From positions 561,673-625,672 of the forward strand of contig MU004188.1 of assembly GCA_010093605.1 (NCBI GenBank): 64,000 nt of DNA. The letters run 5' to 3'. The translations under genes were made by a program, and so were the position numbers. The DNA comes from Lophium mytilinum. Lineage: Eukaryota. Shown one piece after another: positions 12,351 to 26,649 of the stretch; position 1 is the stretch's first letter; every line of letters starts with the position of its first letter. The notes under the pieces are model-generated. The model searched no databases, was not told where the DNA came from, and saw only the letters and a list, made by a program, of their open reading frames with translations.

Positions 12351-15300
12351 GGTGAAGAGGAGGTGTGACTGTGGTTGAGCGATGCTGAAGTGGTACCTGG
12401 GAGAGGAAGAGAGGAAGAGATAAGAGGAGGGTATGGGTATGGAGACGGAGTGGATGTTGAAGCTGGTGATGTGGCCGTCCTCAGGCTGGGGCATGGGGAT
12501 ATTTATCAGCGCGATGCTCTTGTCCGCAGGTGCTCTTGGATGGGGCCCCCCTGCTAGGCTGGAGCCGAATCCATCTGGCACACAGCTGCATAAGGCCCTC
12601 TGCGCGCCCCTGCGAGGGCACTCGGGCCTCAGCTCGCTCGCTCGCTCGCCGTCGTTGCGCACGGAGTTTGCGGCCGTTGGAGGGGAGGGGGGGTGAGTGG
12701 CAGGCAGGCCGCTGCACACTGCCAGGAATGGGTGCATAGGGCGGAGAGAGATGCAACCCTGGCTGCAATTTGGCACCGCCAGTTGCGCAGCAGCGGGGGC
12801 CGTAAATTTGGACCGCCCTAACGCAAAGCTACAAGGCTGCATGGTCGACCCAGCCCGCAGCACGCCCTGAGCGCGCCCCAAACACCACCCAACGACCACC
12901 CGCAGGGCCCCCCGGGCTGCCGCTCACCTCCTCGCGCGCCGCCGCTGCGGGTCAACGGTTGGGGCGGTGCCCGTAACGCTGCGAAATCCTCTGCGAAACC
13001 TCTGTACTGGCGAAATGCGAGGCGGTAAGGGCAGGACGCCGCGTCTCCACCCCTCCACCGCGATCACCAGCCTGCCTGCACCGGAGTTGCGCTGGCCTGC
13101 GTGCTGCTCTGTGGCCGTCCGCACGTCACACTCCGGCCGCGAGCGGAGAAGAGAGACTCGTTTCGGAGCAGAGTGCGAGTGTCGGATTTGCCGTCTGGCG
13201 GCTTCGCAGCTTCGTCGGGACAGCACGCTCGCAGGCTTCAACTCTACGCAGCACGCTTCAACTCTCCCAGCTGCATGCCCAGGCCAGACCAGGCTTCACG
13301 ATTGTGCTGTTTGGGGGCCGCAACAGACGCCTCTGATTAGTCGCAGCCCGATAGCGATCGCATTTCGCTTCTCTGATGGCAGGCCACCGCGACGGAGTCG
13401 GCTTCACAGTGCAGGCCGAATCGACGGCCGCGGGACTTTGGACCAAAATACACGGCCCTTAGTCATTGGCCACGCTGCCGCGAGTCTCTCGCAACAGCGG
13501 CAGCGGGACGCCTCTGCGCAGCCCTGCCGCCATCTTGCACTGCTCTGCAACTCACCGCATGGCGACGGACGGCCCACCGCAGAGAGGCGGCCTAGCATCA
13601 CGCGCGTGGCCGGATCATCAACCGTGGGACAGACGGACTCCCAGGGACTCGAGCCAGCGGGCGTGTAGGCTCTTGGGCTCCTGGGCAGCGGGCAGCCAGC
13701 CAGGTTGCAGGTTGTAGCCCGCTCGCTGCTCTGTAATTGGCACGCTGGCCCCCGGCGCAGCGTTGCCCATATGTGGTTAGCACACCGAGCAGGGCGATGG
13801 CCCAAACGAAGCCGTCCCGCGACCTCTTCTCCACACACACGCTGCCCGCTCCTCTTGTCCACGCCGCTGCCTCCTGGCTCTCTCGCCTTCATTTCAAAAC
13901 GAACTGTCGAATTCCTTTGGTGGCCCTGGCTGAGCGAAGGGTCCGTGAGAGCGGGAGGGTCGTGCTGGGCCGGCAACACCTTGTTTAGAGTGCTTGGTCA
14001 GAGGCTCTATTTTTACGCTCTGGGACATCAACCGCTCCTCTCCTCGAGTCACCGCTGTCTCCCGCCACGGCCGCCCACGCGCCCCAGGGGTTCCGCGAAA
14101 TCAAGCATCTGACATCGTCGCCCACCCGCCAGCCCTATGCACGGCACTCTCCCTCCTCGTGCTAGCCCTCCCGGCATCAGCACCTTCGCCCTCCTGTCGG
14201 TGAGACGACCCTTCTCCCACGCATCTGCACTCCAGATCCTGGCGTCAGCCAGTCGGAGCGCCGCGTTTGTGGCGTTACAGCTTCCACCATGCAGGTGCTC
14301 CGAAGCCTCATGTGCTGCGTACATTACAAAACCCCTCGTTCGATACTTACCAAGCAGCAGACCCAACCCACGGCCCTCCTTGCCAATCGGCCAGGCGCAG
14401 CGGCACTGACGGCCAGACTCGCGGCCGCATAGGTATGCGAGGCCTGGCGCCCCAGGACTACTCAAGAGAGAGAGCTATCTGCAGTGTGGTGGATTCACTG
14501 ACGATCTGTTAGCCGATTGCGGCTAACCTATCGTCGACCGGCTCAGCCCCAACATCGCTGGTACGCTCCCATGCTGCGAAGAACGCCTAATCACTGTTGT
14601 CTCGCACCGCATTTCGACGATCGATGCAATAAAATCGCCGCGGCGGAATCGCATCTCAAAGAGCCCGCCATCTCAGTGACGCTGTGGCTTCGTGCATGTG
14701 CTGCGCTCCAATTCCTTCAGCCGTACTGCAACGCTTATCGTCTGCTATGTAACTCTCTCATGGACCTGACGCCAGCTAACACCGCGCCATTCCTCAAGAC
14801 CTGCCTTCACCGTCCTCTTGCAGATAATGCTTGGTCCGCCTGAGAACAGCCGCCCCAGATGAGCCCCAGCCCTACGGTGTATATCCCGTTTTGGGAAATC
14901 TAGTGTCGGGAGGTATTGCAGCGGTCGCATGGACCTCAACTCGTTGTCCGTATTTCTTCTTGGCTTTCAAGCGAGCTGGCTCTTCATCTCTCTGTATTGT
15001 CTTGGAGTCTCCTAAGCCCCTATCGATGGGGGGCCTTAGTGCTCGCGATAGGTTGCCAGCCAATGGGATAGCTGAAGCAACAACAGCATCCTCAAGCTTT
15101 AGAACTGCTGGCTGCACCTGTTCCTTGTCATTCTTCCCGTAGAAGGACGGGACAGTTCAAACATGTCTCATGAAAGAGTCAGGAGCAAGCTTGCCGGTGC
15201 GTTCTTCGAGGGTAACTGTTCCAGAAACTGTAGAAAAGGGGGAACTAGAGGCAGGTACGGCACAGATGGGACCAGGTTCTCCTGCCGCTTGAAATTTTGG

Positions 15301-17471
15301 GCCCCAAAGATACCAAGACATTCAACCGCTCCGCGTTCCCCCTTTAGCTCGTTTGCAAGACTTTAGACACGATGTGTTGTGTGTCCTTCCGCGGAACAGA
15401 CCACCGGCCACGTCTTCCGCCCAATTTCACTTGCACCTGCATTTTTTGAAACAGTGGCGAACGTGCAAATCTATTGGAGGGGTCGCAGAATACCATTATA
15501 AATGGCCAACATCTATCCCGGCGATAAGATGAATCGGCCCAAAGTTCGCCGTCAAATGCATAAGCACCATCTATATACAGCAGACCTTTGATTGTCGGCT
15601 TCTTTTAGGGCTGATCAAGCTACTCACAGTATTGTGGTGTGGTCTGATTCGATGACTCGGCTTGAGCATTCATTTGGGCGCTGCTGAGAGGATCTGCTGG
15701 CGGTTTGCAACATCGACGAGAACAACACATCACCGCCACACGACAAGGGCGCAACCAGAATCAATCAAATGGTCTCACCTCTCTTGGCATCAGGATCTGT
15801 CAAGAATAGACACTCGAAGTGCGTACCCAAGCTAAAGGCGTGACATTGCTCAGCCTTGCCAGAGCCGCGCCACCCCACACGAGCCCAGATCAGAAAACGG
15901 GGCCTAGTCGTAAGGCGTCCAACTCTCTAACTTCACCGTCTCAAAGCATGCCATTTCCATCGCAGTCCTCCCTTGTAACATAATGAAACGCAAAACAGAA
16001 TCCGCTATCAATAGATCTTGTACAATGCAGAAGCGGCGAAAGCTCTAACCACACCAACAGAAGCCAGAGGCTAAGGATTGAGCAGCCACTGATGCTGCGT
16101 TCATCTTCATCTTCCTTCTCTTTCGTACGAACATCTCTGTTTTTTCCTTGACTTTTGCTCCCTAGGCTCAACCATTTCATGGCTCTTGCATGCTAGAAAA
16201 AGATTCAACTAGGCGTTGAGGAACAGTGTACTAAATTGTCCTCACAGCTCATCCTGGAACCTCCTCAGACAGCCAACGTACGACGCTTGCCTTCAGGCTG
16301 CCGAACCCACTATCTATCTATTAGACTCTCTCCCTCGTCTCTCTAAACGCGGGATCTTCTCACGGCTGAAAGCTATGGCGTATTTCCTCCCGTATTGATA
16401 TGCAACAGACACTCGATGTTAATGCAGAGCCAGAATCCAGAAACAGCAGTGCTGCAAGTCGAGACAACCTTCATATCATCAATATTAAAGCGTGGGGCGC
16501 ATATGATATGGCTGGCGTGGGCTGACTGCGCAGAGTCAAACCAGCAGCACTCGGGTCGTCTGGCCAAGCGCTGTATCCGAGACCCCGATTCACCTCAAGA
16601 ACAGTGCAAGCTTCGGATTCACCTCCTCAGATAATAGTTCACTGACAGCAACACTGGCTTTGACGAGTAAAGCTCATGCATGGACCCATACGGCTGGACA
16701 CAATGCTGGCACTGGGGAGCTGGATTATGCGCTTTTCGTCGCGCGTTAGTCGACACCAACATGATTTCATCTGCGCTACCAGTGATCGCCAGACAAACCG
16801 TTCAGCCTTGAGAACGTGAACGGGAAGTAATAGTGGCCTTGTCGATATCCTCTTTCAGCCGCCGACGCGCGTCTCGGTGATGCCGACCAAGCGTCACCAA
16901 CTCCAGAATAGGGCATATATAACGCCAACCAAGAATGCACTCGGAATCCCGCGAAATGAACAAGACCGTATCAAACCAAGTGCCCCCAATGACTAAACCA
17001 CACGTTCAATATCGAATCGCGTTGACAAATGTCAAGACTGCATAGCTGTTGTGCAGCGCTCGTGAGAATCACGCCCTACTAAGAATAGAGAGGCAACGCG
17101 AGAGTGCAGAAGCACCGGGCCAACACAGTTGCGAAGTGCACGAAGGACAGCTCGGAAGCTCTCAAACATGAAACGCACCGTTTTAGAGGTATATGCTGCG
17201 AAATTATAAGGGCTGTGGTACGCTGGCCATTGGCTTCATTCGACGTCGACTCTTCGAACTCGCATGCTGTTATTTATTTTTAGAGTGGATAGAATACCGG
17301 CAGCATGGGCCCATGTCGCAGAAAGCACATGCTTGCCGCCTTCTGTATTGCGTCTAGGCCGAGTCTGCCGGATCCACCAATTCAATCCCGCGTCCATCCC
17401 ACCCTCCAGCCCTACCACCCAGGTGTGTGCGCCCGCCCCGGTCCGCCGTCCACGACCCCCAAGACTGGGCC

Positions 17472-17504
17472 AGCTTATCCCAAGCTTATTCCAAGCTTAT
17501 CCCA
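17472..17504. repeat. 3 x 11-bp tandem repeat AGCTTAT(C/T)CCA
   Basis: agcttatccca agcttattcca agcttatccca read directly. Confidence 0.9.
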
Positions 17505-20500
17505 GGCCATCGAGAGCTGGCTGACAGCGCGGGGTCGTTGAAGATGCTCGGGGCAGCAACGATCCAATCTCATTCAGTATCCACGCGTCCCTCACGCGCC
17601 AGATTCCAATCGCCATGCCGGCGGGGCTAATTTGACTACGGCTACTACCCATCTAGCCCGCGTGGACCAAGACGTTTCTGGAAAATGCTGGGGATGGCGC
17701 TCTTTCAGGCACATGGGCGCGTGGAGGCACGTTCGCAAGATCCCTGACCCAGCGCGATCCTGCCCAACCCAATCGCACTCTCCACAGACCGGTGAAAGGC
17801 TAATGGGCGCTCCGTCAGAGCGTGGCAGCAGCAACGATGTCGTACCAACTGGGTGCGAGCCGTTTCAAAGATGATTCCGGAATGCATCGAGAAGGTCGGC
17901 GTCCAACTCTCAGCCGCAGCGCCCTCGCCGAAGACACCAAAATGTGCTTGCGAGTCCACGAGTACCCGCTTCCATACCGGACACCGCGCTTCCGCTTGCT
18001 CCCACTCAAATCCCTGCGCGCGGATATCGCATCGAACCGGGCCAGGGCTAGCCTTGCGGGCTGGACCCTCGCTTCTCTCTCGACAGGATGAAACACAGAG
18101 CGAGTCAGTGGGCACATAATTTGTAGCTGCGAATTCCTGAGAACATCCGGCATTTACTATCTAATGCCAGCTCAGTTGTCCTCAATTTGGCGTATTGCGT
18201 ACGGAGCATTCTAACGTCCGATAGTGGGGTAGGGTTTAATCATCCTGGTCTAGTCATTTCTCTTTGAGGAAAGTTTTGCTAGGCTTGTATAAACATGGCC
18301 TAGTCCGGCAAAGAAATCGCAACAAGTCAGCCTCACATGCACCGTTGCACGCTTTTGTGTTGAGAATGTGTATACGACTCATTCAGTTCCAGGCCAGCCC
18401 CCAGACCTTCATCCTGCGGCCGAAAAGCGGTGCAAAACCGGCGGAAACGGCGGCGGTTCAGGTCTTTCTGTGGATTATAGTGTGGGCTGGCATTAATACA
18501 CGAGACCCCTGCCTACGAGACGTCCATATGAAAGCAGGGCTTTATAAGGCAGCCTGCAACTTTCGCCTTCATATCAACTTTCTATTCCAGCGTACCATTC
18601 GCTTTCGTTGTCCACTGCATATTGGGCGTAGTTCCGGTCAACGAGTTGAGCGTCAACTCTACCGGGGCCGCGTAGACATCTGCAGACCTATCAGGCCGTA
18701 GTGCAAAAATACCTTGAGAGGATCATTTGTAAAGGTGGTCATTTCAGCTCTCCGCCACTTCATGTCCCCTTTTATTAAGCAAAGTCCTCGAATAAGATGA
18801 TTACGAGTACAGCGAACATTTGGAATCAAGGTCGAATAACCTCTTTCGTCAGCTTCAGAGCCACAGGGCTGCAGATTAGAGCATGACCTCCCGTACACTA
18901 TCTTTCTTGGCAACGTCCAGCTCCCTTGGCAACGTTCATGGTGTGGGGAAGTCTTAGCCTTGTATGGCTTAGCTTGATGGGATTGTTTCCATCATCAGCA
19001 GCTCCAAGAATGATTGCTGGCACCATCATAAGCCATGTTTGCATATCAATTTGGCGATTCGAAAGATGGTTCGTCCGGTGAGAATCTCGCGGTAGGGATG
19101 GCTTTATTGATTAGTCGCTTCGTCCCGAGCCCTCCGACGACAGGGTTCGTTGATTCTATTCTGGTTCGTACTCATTTCGCTTCAGCAAACATCGGATAAC
19201 TCGCCCGCTGCCGATGGCATGCCACTTCCCTGGCCGCTGTTCGACGCTTTGAGGGGCATGTAGGTAAGGCCACCCGCCCCCCTTGACTCGGGAAATTCTA
19301 CCGCAGACACCCTGGCAAGGCTGAATGACAAATCTCCTCTTTCCGCGCGTTTTCAAAGGCAAGATCACGCCCTGTCACTCCCGTGCATCTCTCACTGGAC
19401 CGGATCCGTGCTGACCGTGTAGCGTACGGCAACCTCCACACCAGGGTCCACGGGCCGCAAATAGGGTCTATCATCGCCAGTTTCAGCCTCGCGATGTGCA
19501 AGAAATGTCTCATGCACAACAACAGCTGCCAGACTTCACGCACACGAATAGTCGCCCATCATCTCCTGAACAAGGATATCCTGTAGAAGATGCAACATAT
19601 CACAAGCCACGCACGCTTTGGAAAGTCTCGGATGCTTTCTGCCGCTGTCTTGAGCATGTTTACAACCCAATTCTTCTCCTTTTCCGTGCAGCACTATGGT
19701 GTTTCGAATGCAGCGAGATTCAACGTGGGACTCGAGATCGTTTCGCTGTAGTGCTCTCAATCGGAACCACGACTAACGACCGAAACTTACTGATGCAAAA
19801 AGCGAGAGCGTATTGCAGCCACCTGATTCTTAATACGCAAGACTTTGAGGAAGCACAGATGATCACTTTCTAAAAGCAACGGTTCCTGAATCGTACTCGA
19901 TGTGCAATATTTACCACGACGTCGCCATCAAAAGGCTTCTATTCTAGCAATAAGGCGATGCTGTTTGCGACTGATTGGACGCTTTCCGTTTCCCTACATC
20001 CGTTCAATACTGTTTCAACCGATTCCATCCAACTCCGCATCCACGAGCTAAAGTCACACAAGGCGAATAGCAAGATAGCCAAGCAACACGTAGTTGAGGC
20101 GTCCTCTCCCTTGCCGCAGAAGGGTACAAACCAGCGCTATCCACGACGCACGATCCTGAATCCTTCGACACGATGCTAGTGTCGGGGCCTCCCACTCGCA
20201 CCTCGTGTAGCACCACTCAACACCAAACCTGCTACAATCCGCAACACCCAACTCCGATACGCCTTGGGATTGCCTTGCAGCCACCGTCGTCATCGGCATT
20301 AGACAGCTTCTCCTGTATCAGACCAAACTCACGGCCGTATCAATCGCTCATGCATGCCACATGGCGGACATGATGCATCAACTTTAAACTCTTGGAAACA
20401 AGACGGCCTTCCAGAAGAGGAAGATTCCAGCGCTCATTCCTGCAAGATACAGGTTCGCAACGTGCAGGTAGCGTGCGTTGCTCGAAGTGCGTAGCCAGTT

Positions 20501-22676
20501 GGCGACGTTGGAAGTCCGTAGCGTCGTTTCGAATCGAGCCGTTGCGTTGGCTCCTCGTTTCCGGTCCGGAGACGCGGGCATTTTAAGCCCTGCGGTATAG
20601 AGTTTGGAGTTCTGCACGTTAGGGCAGGCAACCACACCAACATCAAGGCTTGCTCTCTTGTATGCAGACATACCACACCAGAGGAGTATCAGGCCAAAGC
20701 GTTTTTCCATGCAACACGCTTGTCTTTCACTGCCGAAAAGAGAAAACACCCGACCCTCAGCCCTGCCAGCCATGTGTTGGAGTTGGCGCCAGCAAATTAG
20801 GCCCCCCGTCTATATTGGTCCCCTCCCCAGCCACCATGCCCACCAGCCACCACCCGTGGACGCCTCCAGGGCCGCCGCCACGGTCTCGAGGTCTGTGCAT
20901 CCGCAACTCTAACAGCGCTTCCTTCGAGTCCGACAGGAATGCGAGATATGCGGTGCAACAAACGAGACGGTCCGAATATGTTGTACTTGCAGCTCTGACA
21001 GCTTTGTGGTTGTGCCGCAGACGAGTCAAAAGTGCATAAATCAGGATTTCAGGGCAGCGAAGCTGCATCTGAAGACCCCAAGATGTAACACCTCATTCGT
21101 GGATTCAGAAGTATCGCCGTACCCGAGTTCGGTTGCTCGGAGGCCGATCTGCGTGCCGATCTATCTCTTGTTGTTCGACGGCGGCAGCACTAGGCTACTC
21201 ATGTCTGCTCCCTGTGTTGCCGCAGAACCTGTCTATTCATGAGTGTGCTACTAATAGAACACCAAGGCGAGAAGTGTTTCAGATCCTACAAAATCAAATC
21301 ACTATACATGAAGTGCTGTATAAACCCACGGGTGGCCTCACCTTGTCAATAGCTCAGCCATGCACGCTTCGCCACTTGTAAATCGATGGTTTCCAGGAGG
21401 TTGTAGAGCGGTCCTACTACGGGCTCACTTTCTCCACGCTGCAGCAACCACATGCACGATGTCCATCACGGAGTGCTCCGTCCACCATACCCTGGGCCTC
21501 CCAATAATTAACGAGCCTGCCAATAGGGCTCAGTCTACAGGGGTGCTATTCAAATAGGAACCAACGACATCAAAACGTTCTACCGGTTTTCAAAAACAAG
21601 GCAGCATTCGCGCCGATCGCGCAGGATGATACCCCAAACGGAAAGCGGTATTTTAGTCCAAAGTAAATACATTCACGCGGTCCCTTGGTCGTATAGACAA
21701 TTTAAGTGTTCCCCAGAACCGAGACCAGGAGGCTTCCAATTCGGCGGACTTATGCTGTGGGTATACGTCATACCGCCGCACTCCCCTCCTTCGCGAGGCT
21801 CGCAGTTCGGAATCCATCTCGCAGTTTATCCCCAATTGAGATATGTACCTCAAGTATCGCCTGACAGCCCCGTACAGTACACGACTGCATCGCGTTCGTA
21901 CCCAGAACCACCATAGCGCAAAACCGCCCCCAAAGTGCAAGCCCCATGGCCTCGTCAAACCTTTCCAAGCCCCTTCCACATCTCCGTGTCGGAGCCGTCC
22001 GCCCTTAAATCCGCAATCTAACAGCTACAGCACAGCTCTAGACCTTAAAGAACAATCCCACGCGTGCCGCTCACGCTCAAACTCACGGGATAGCACTCTA
22101 CCAATCAACCGCACACAGACCTAAAGCTTACGTGCGTATGTAAGAGCCAGTCACTCGATTTCAGCCCTACAAGACGATCGATCTCCGCCTCTCCCCCACA
22201 GCCAATAATTAGCGCGAGGACTGGATTACTGAAACCGGCGATTCCGCGTCCCCCGTGAACCACTCCACGCCCGCTTTCGTTAAGTGATAGTAGTAACTAT
22301 AGTTAAACAGCCTATCGTATCTAGCGGCTCCCCGCCCTCTCTACCTCCTGGGGAGACCGCGGTCACGAATGAGCGGCGCTGGACGCTCGTCCGCTGGGCT
22401 CGGCACGCCCGCCAGCACCGGTGTGTATGTATGCTGTCTGCCTTCCCTTCTCAGGCGGCTCGTTCAGCAAAAGCGGCCGCTAGGCGCAACCTACGTCCGT
22501 AAAGCCGTCATGGTGAATCGTATATGTCGTGCATCTCGTGGTCTCCGAGGCTATAGTATCATTGGATGGCGCGCATATGCGAATCTACTACGTACGAGTG
22601 GCAGGAGGTTTGGGGTTGTGCGGCTTAACGCGGGTTAGGATCCGTCCTGTGGTTAACCCCGGGCATGCCGTGGGCG

Positions 22677-22718
22677 TGCAAATGTTCACATGCAGATGTT
22701 CACACGCAGATGTTCACA
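22677..22718. repeat. 3 x 14-bp tandem repeat YGCARATGTTCACA
   Basis: tgcaaatgttcaca tgcagatgttcaca cgcagatgttcaca read directly. Confidence 0.9.
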
Positions 22719-23719
22719 CGCCTTCCGAATGCGTGATATACGCGTTGTTATTGAGGTTTAGGGAACCAAGAGAACCAGAGATCTAGGAGCTAGAACCATC
22801 GCCATTCCCCAATCAATTCGAGTGTACAGAAATACGTTGTTCCTTGTATAGTATGGGACCTATAGCGTTTCTACCTACTCCGGATATCACTACGATTCCT
22901 AATCAGATCTCCTCTGATTCCGCGTAGTCAGCCCCTCCTGCAACCCCCCCCGATTCCGCATATCATGACTAAGAAAATAGCTATCATCATAGATGCAACG
23001 GATTACCCTCTCATGTTGTGCCTACTGCTACGCCACTGATGCAGCCGCGCGCGGGTTGCCGGGTGCTGGGTTTGGGAGCCGCATTATGGCGGTTCCAGAC
23101 CGAGGCATGGATTCCGGACGTTGATGATTTTGAATCTTATGACTGCTTTGGGTAGGTGGGTTTTTTTTGTGCGGCAACAGGGCGAAAGCGAGGTGTGGGA
23201 GGAAACGAGACAGACTATTGGTTTAATGAGGTGGGCAGTTTAGTGAGTGTAGGGGTGGTGAAGATAGGGGGCTCTTTTCCGTGAGGGGGGTGGAAGGTAG
23301 TGATCTTGCAAGAGCATTAAAGGGGAGATGACTGCTTGCACCACCTAGGATGGAAGCTCTTGATAGATAAGAGAACAAGCGTGAAACATTGTCCTTGAAA
23401 TGAGTGTGTATTGCGATAATCGGATTAAAATTACGTGAAGCGGTGTTTGCAATCTAGGGTATCTACCTGACTTCGACAAAATATACCAACGCAGTCTTTC
23501 CCAAAACTCCTAAATTGAATGCCGAAAAGCAGACATCCCCGTGCTCTACTAAAGCCATTGCCCATCGCCGAGCATGCATATGCGATTTGCTTCTCTTTTC
23601 CCAATCAATCACCTTCCCGATTGCCTACTAGCCTCATACCAATCCCTTTCGCAACTAAAGCGATCATGAACAACATCTGATATACAACTCACAGCACTGC
23701 CTCAACTTGTTATGCTCCA

Positions 23720-26649
23720 TTAACCAAGTGCCCCCTTCTTCTTCACAGCCCTCATAGCCGCCAACGTCCCTTGCTTCCCAAAACCCCTTCCAACCTCCTG
23801 CACGATGCATCTCACAAAATCCTTGCTAAGCCAATAGCTCGAATGCGCGCCCAACATCGTCAGATACTGAATCTCAAACGCACCGCCGCCATACTTGAGC
23901 ACAAAGTCCACCTGGCCGTTATCATTGAGCAGGGAAACCCGCTTCTCCGCAATCTCCTCCCGCGAGAAGTTGTGCGTTTCCAGCTCCACATTGGACGGGA
24001 GGCGGACCGTGGTGGATGGCTTGATGCCGATGGCCGACTCGGCGGACGATATGGGATGGGCGAGGGATGAAGTCGACGAGGACGCGAGCGAGAACCAGCC
24101 TGGCGACGCGCTTGGGACGGTGGCGGGCTTTAGTGTCGCGGCATAGGGGGCGTCGATGGCAGCGTTGACGCGATATGCGACTGGGTCGTACGGGTTGACG
24201 ATGTTGTAGACGTTGTCGACGGCGATGCAGCCGTAGGTGCCTTGCTCGCCCGCGACGCCGGGCGTAGTGGCGGTATAGGAGTCCACGCCCGGTTTGCGGC
24301 GGTCGCGGCGGGGGAGTAGAGCGGCTTTTTTGAGGAGTAGGAAGAAGCCAACGGGGCTGCCGCACAGGAAGAGAGACTTAGTGTCGAAGATGAAGTGGGA
24401 CTTGGGAAGTGATGCCTCGGGTGTTGAGGGGTCGCCGAGGTGTCGTGGGAGATGGCTGGGCTGCTGGCTGAGAATGTCGACTGCCATTACGCTACCAAGT
24501 GAGTGTGCGACGAGATGGACTCGTCCCCATTCTGCGAACCCCGGATTGTTTAGACACCAAAGGCGGTATATACGGTTAGCCTCCTGAACGCATGCTGCGA
24601 TCATCTTCGGGTTGTGTTCCTGAGAAAGGTAGTATGGAATATCAAGCATGACATCGCTTATTATGCCACGAACTGAGGCTAGAGTATCTGGCGTAATATC
24701 TTTGAGCGTATACTGGTTCATGGAAGGGTCCTCAACTTCGGTAGGGTCCTTCCTGGCTGCATCTTCCATGGAGATTCGCAGTCGCCAATTTATCTAGATG
24801 GGTCAGCATGGTTCAGAACCTCTTAAAGGGCTTGCGTCAAGATAAGATCCACATGATGAGATTCAACGCTAGATGAAAAGTGACATACAGGCAGAACCAT
24901 GATCCCTCCCATATCTTTTCGTAGATTTCGCTTTACGCTGTCGGTCCCTAGCTCAACATTCACCTCACGTCTGAAGGCGTTGATGGCGTGAGTGAAGTGA
25001 TATGTCTCTATGCGCTCAGAGAGCTTTTGACCGATGCCATGAATGACCAAGACTAAGTCTGTGACCTGTGGTCTTTCGGACTGTGCAATTTCCGGATCAT
25101 CTTCTTGTCGTCTGCCGAATGATGCCCCTGCTTGAGCTGTCGACACTCCTTCTCGAGCTTTCGTAGCTCTTGTGCTCTTTTTTGGTGGATGTAGACGATC
25201 CCATATTTCTTGGTCGAAGCCTCTTGTTACACATATACCAATCGACCTTCCTTTGCGGATGTAGTTGGCTAACGGTCTTCGGCCATAGTACGCCGACGGT
25301 TGGAGGTTAGGTCGCAACATGTATGCATCCTTCTCGTTGGCATATATTACTCCAGCTTTCAAGTATTGTCGTAGTCTTCCATCAGCACCGAACTGGTTTT
25401 CGCCGCCTGCCTTGTTGTCTGGGCCATCCGCGCCAGTTGAAACGTCAATGAGATCGCAAGCCATCTGCACCGTCTCTTCCCTCTCCTTTTCCGGCGTATC
25501 AGGGGCAACGTCCAGAGTATTGATAACTAGACCAGCATTCATCTCACTTGACGTCGCAGGTCGGCTGTCAACCGCCGATGGCTTCTCAGGCCACAGCTTA
25601 TGGAGTATTTTCATCTCCCCATGTGCGCCAACCTCAACGGCGCTATTAAGCTCGTCACTCCAGGTCTGCGACCAAGGCCGCAGCTCGACGTATCCAAGTT
25701 CGAGCATGTTGGCTACATCCTCCTCCACGGGCAGCATGCTATCCTTGTAGAACCAAGTCCCACGAACCACTTGGGCGACGTCGTTGACAGGCGACCAGTA
25801 TATCGGCTCCATGCGTATGTTTTCAGCGCTCAAGACGACGTTATGCAGCCTCGACACACCGACTGGGACCTTAGCAGAGGGGCTTGCGGGGAGATTTTTC
25901 GATTCCCGCCTACCATCATTCTTATTTTTCGCGGCATTCTGGTCTTCTTCGTCATCCCATTTGTAGCTATCTAGCTCGCGAGCGGCAGGACGCTGTCTGC
26001 CTTCCGGCAGTCTTTGCATACCGGCCGTCGGCAAGTGTTTCCTCGAGGGAGCTCTTATAAAGGGCGTACCAGTCGTGTCTGTATTATCCAAACTCCCAGA
26101 CGCATCTGTAGGGTCCAAAACACGCAGCGACCCGGTCAAGCTGCCTGCAGCACCACCCACAATGTCCTTATTCCGTTGCAAGGACCCTTCTGCTGATGAT
26201 GTGCTTGCTCGGTTTGCTCTAGCGGTTCCGACGGGTATGTCTCTCGCCTTTGAGGTCGCGCGTGAAGTGTCATCCGCGGAGCTGGAACCATCCCGTCTCG
26301 TCCTCCGCCTAAGGAAAGCTGTGGTAGAGCTGCCCGCAGCATCCAGGGATCCTCTCTTTTCACCCACACTCTCGGTGTACTTGAGGATCTTCCTCCGCAA
26401 GTCTAGCCATGTATTGTTCAGCGAGTGATTGTCATATTTCGAAAAAGGTCGAGGTGGATGCCTGCGGGTGGACGAGCCGGTGGTCGGCGGAGGCAGCGGT
26501 GAAAGAGGGTCATCGATGGCGAGCGGAGCAGAGTAAAAGTACCGCGCTGCTATCTCAGGCGGTCTTTCCTGCGCGTGGAGGAACTCGCGGATATACTGGT
26601 TGGCGTGGGTAGACATGGAAGCTGTTGCGGATTCATCATTCCGGGCCAT
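23720..26649 (-). CDS. DDHD-domain intracellular phospholipase A1 (Ddl1/YOR022C-like), 1 intron
   Basis: PIYWSP..VVRGTWF, LVLVIHGIGQ, MVLP|INWR, lipase motif AHSLGS, FLCGSPVG, YNIVNPYDPVAYR and GAHSSYW. Intron at 24794-24888. Confidence 0.93.

Noticed and set aside
12967..14465. Multiple overlapping 100-230 aa ORFs; similar ones occur at 55900-58900
   Set aside because: They are R/P/A/G-rich, lack domain motifs and consistent codon bias, and are expected in GC-rich regulatory DNA.
17472..22718. Short tandem repeats considered as a CRISPR-like array
   Set aside because: The units are contiguous, have no spacers, number only three copies and sit in a eukaryotic context with no cas genes.
12351..23719. 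Telomerase RNA or other large ncRNA in the long intergenic region
   Set aside because: No TAACCCTAA-type template or other recognisable structured-RNA motif was found by eye.
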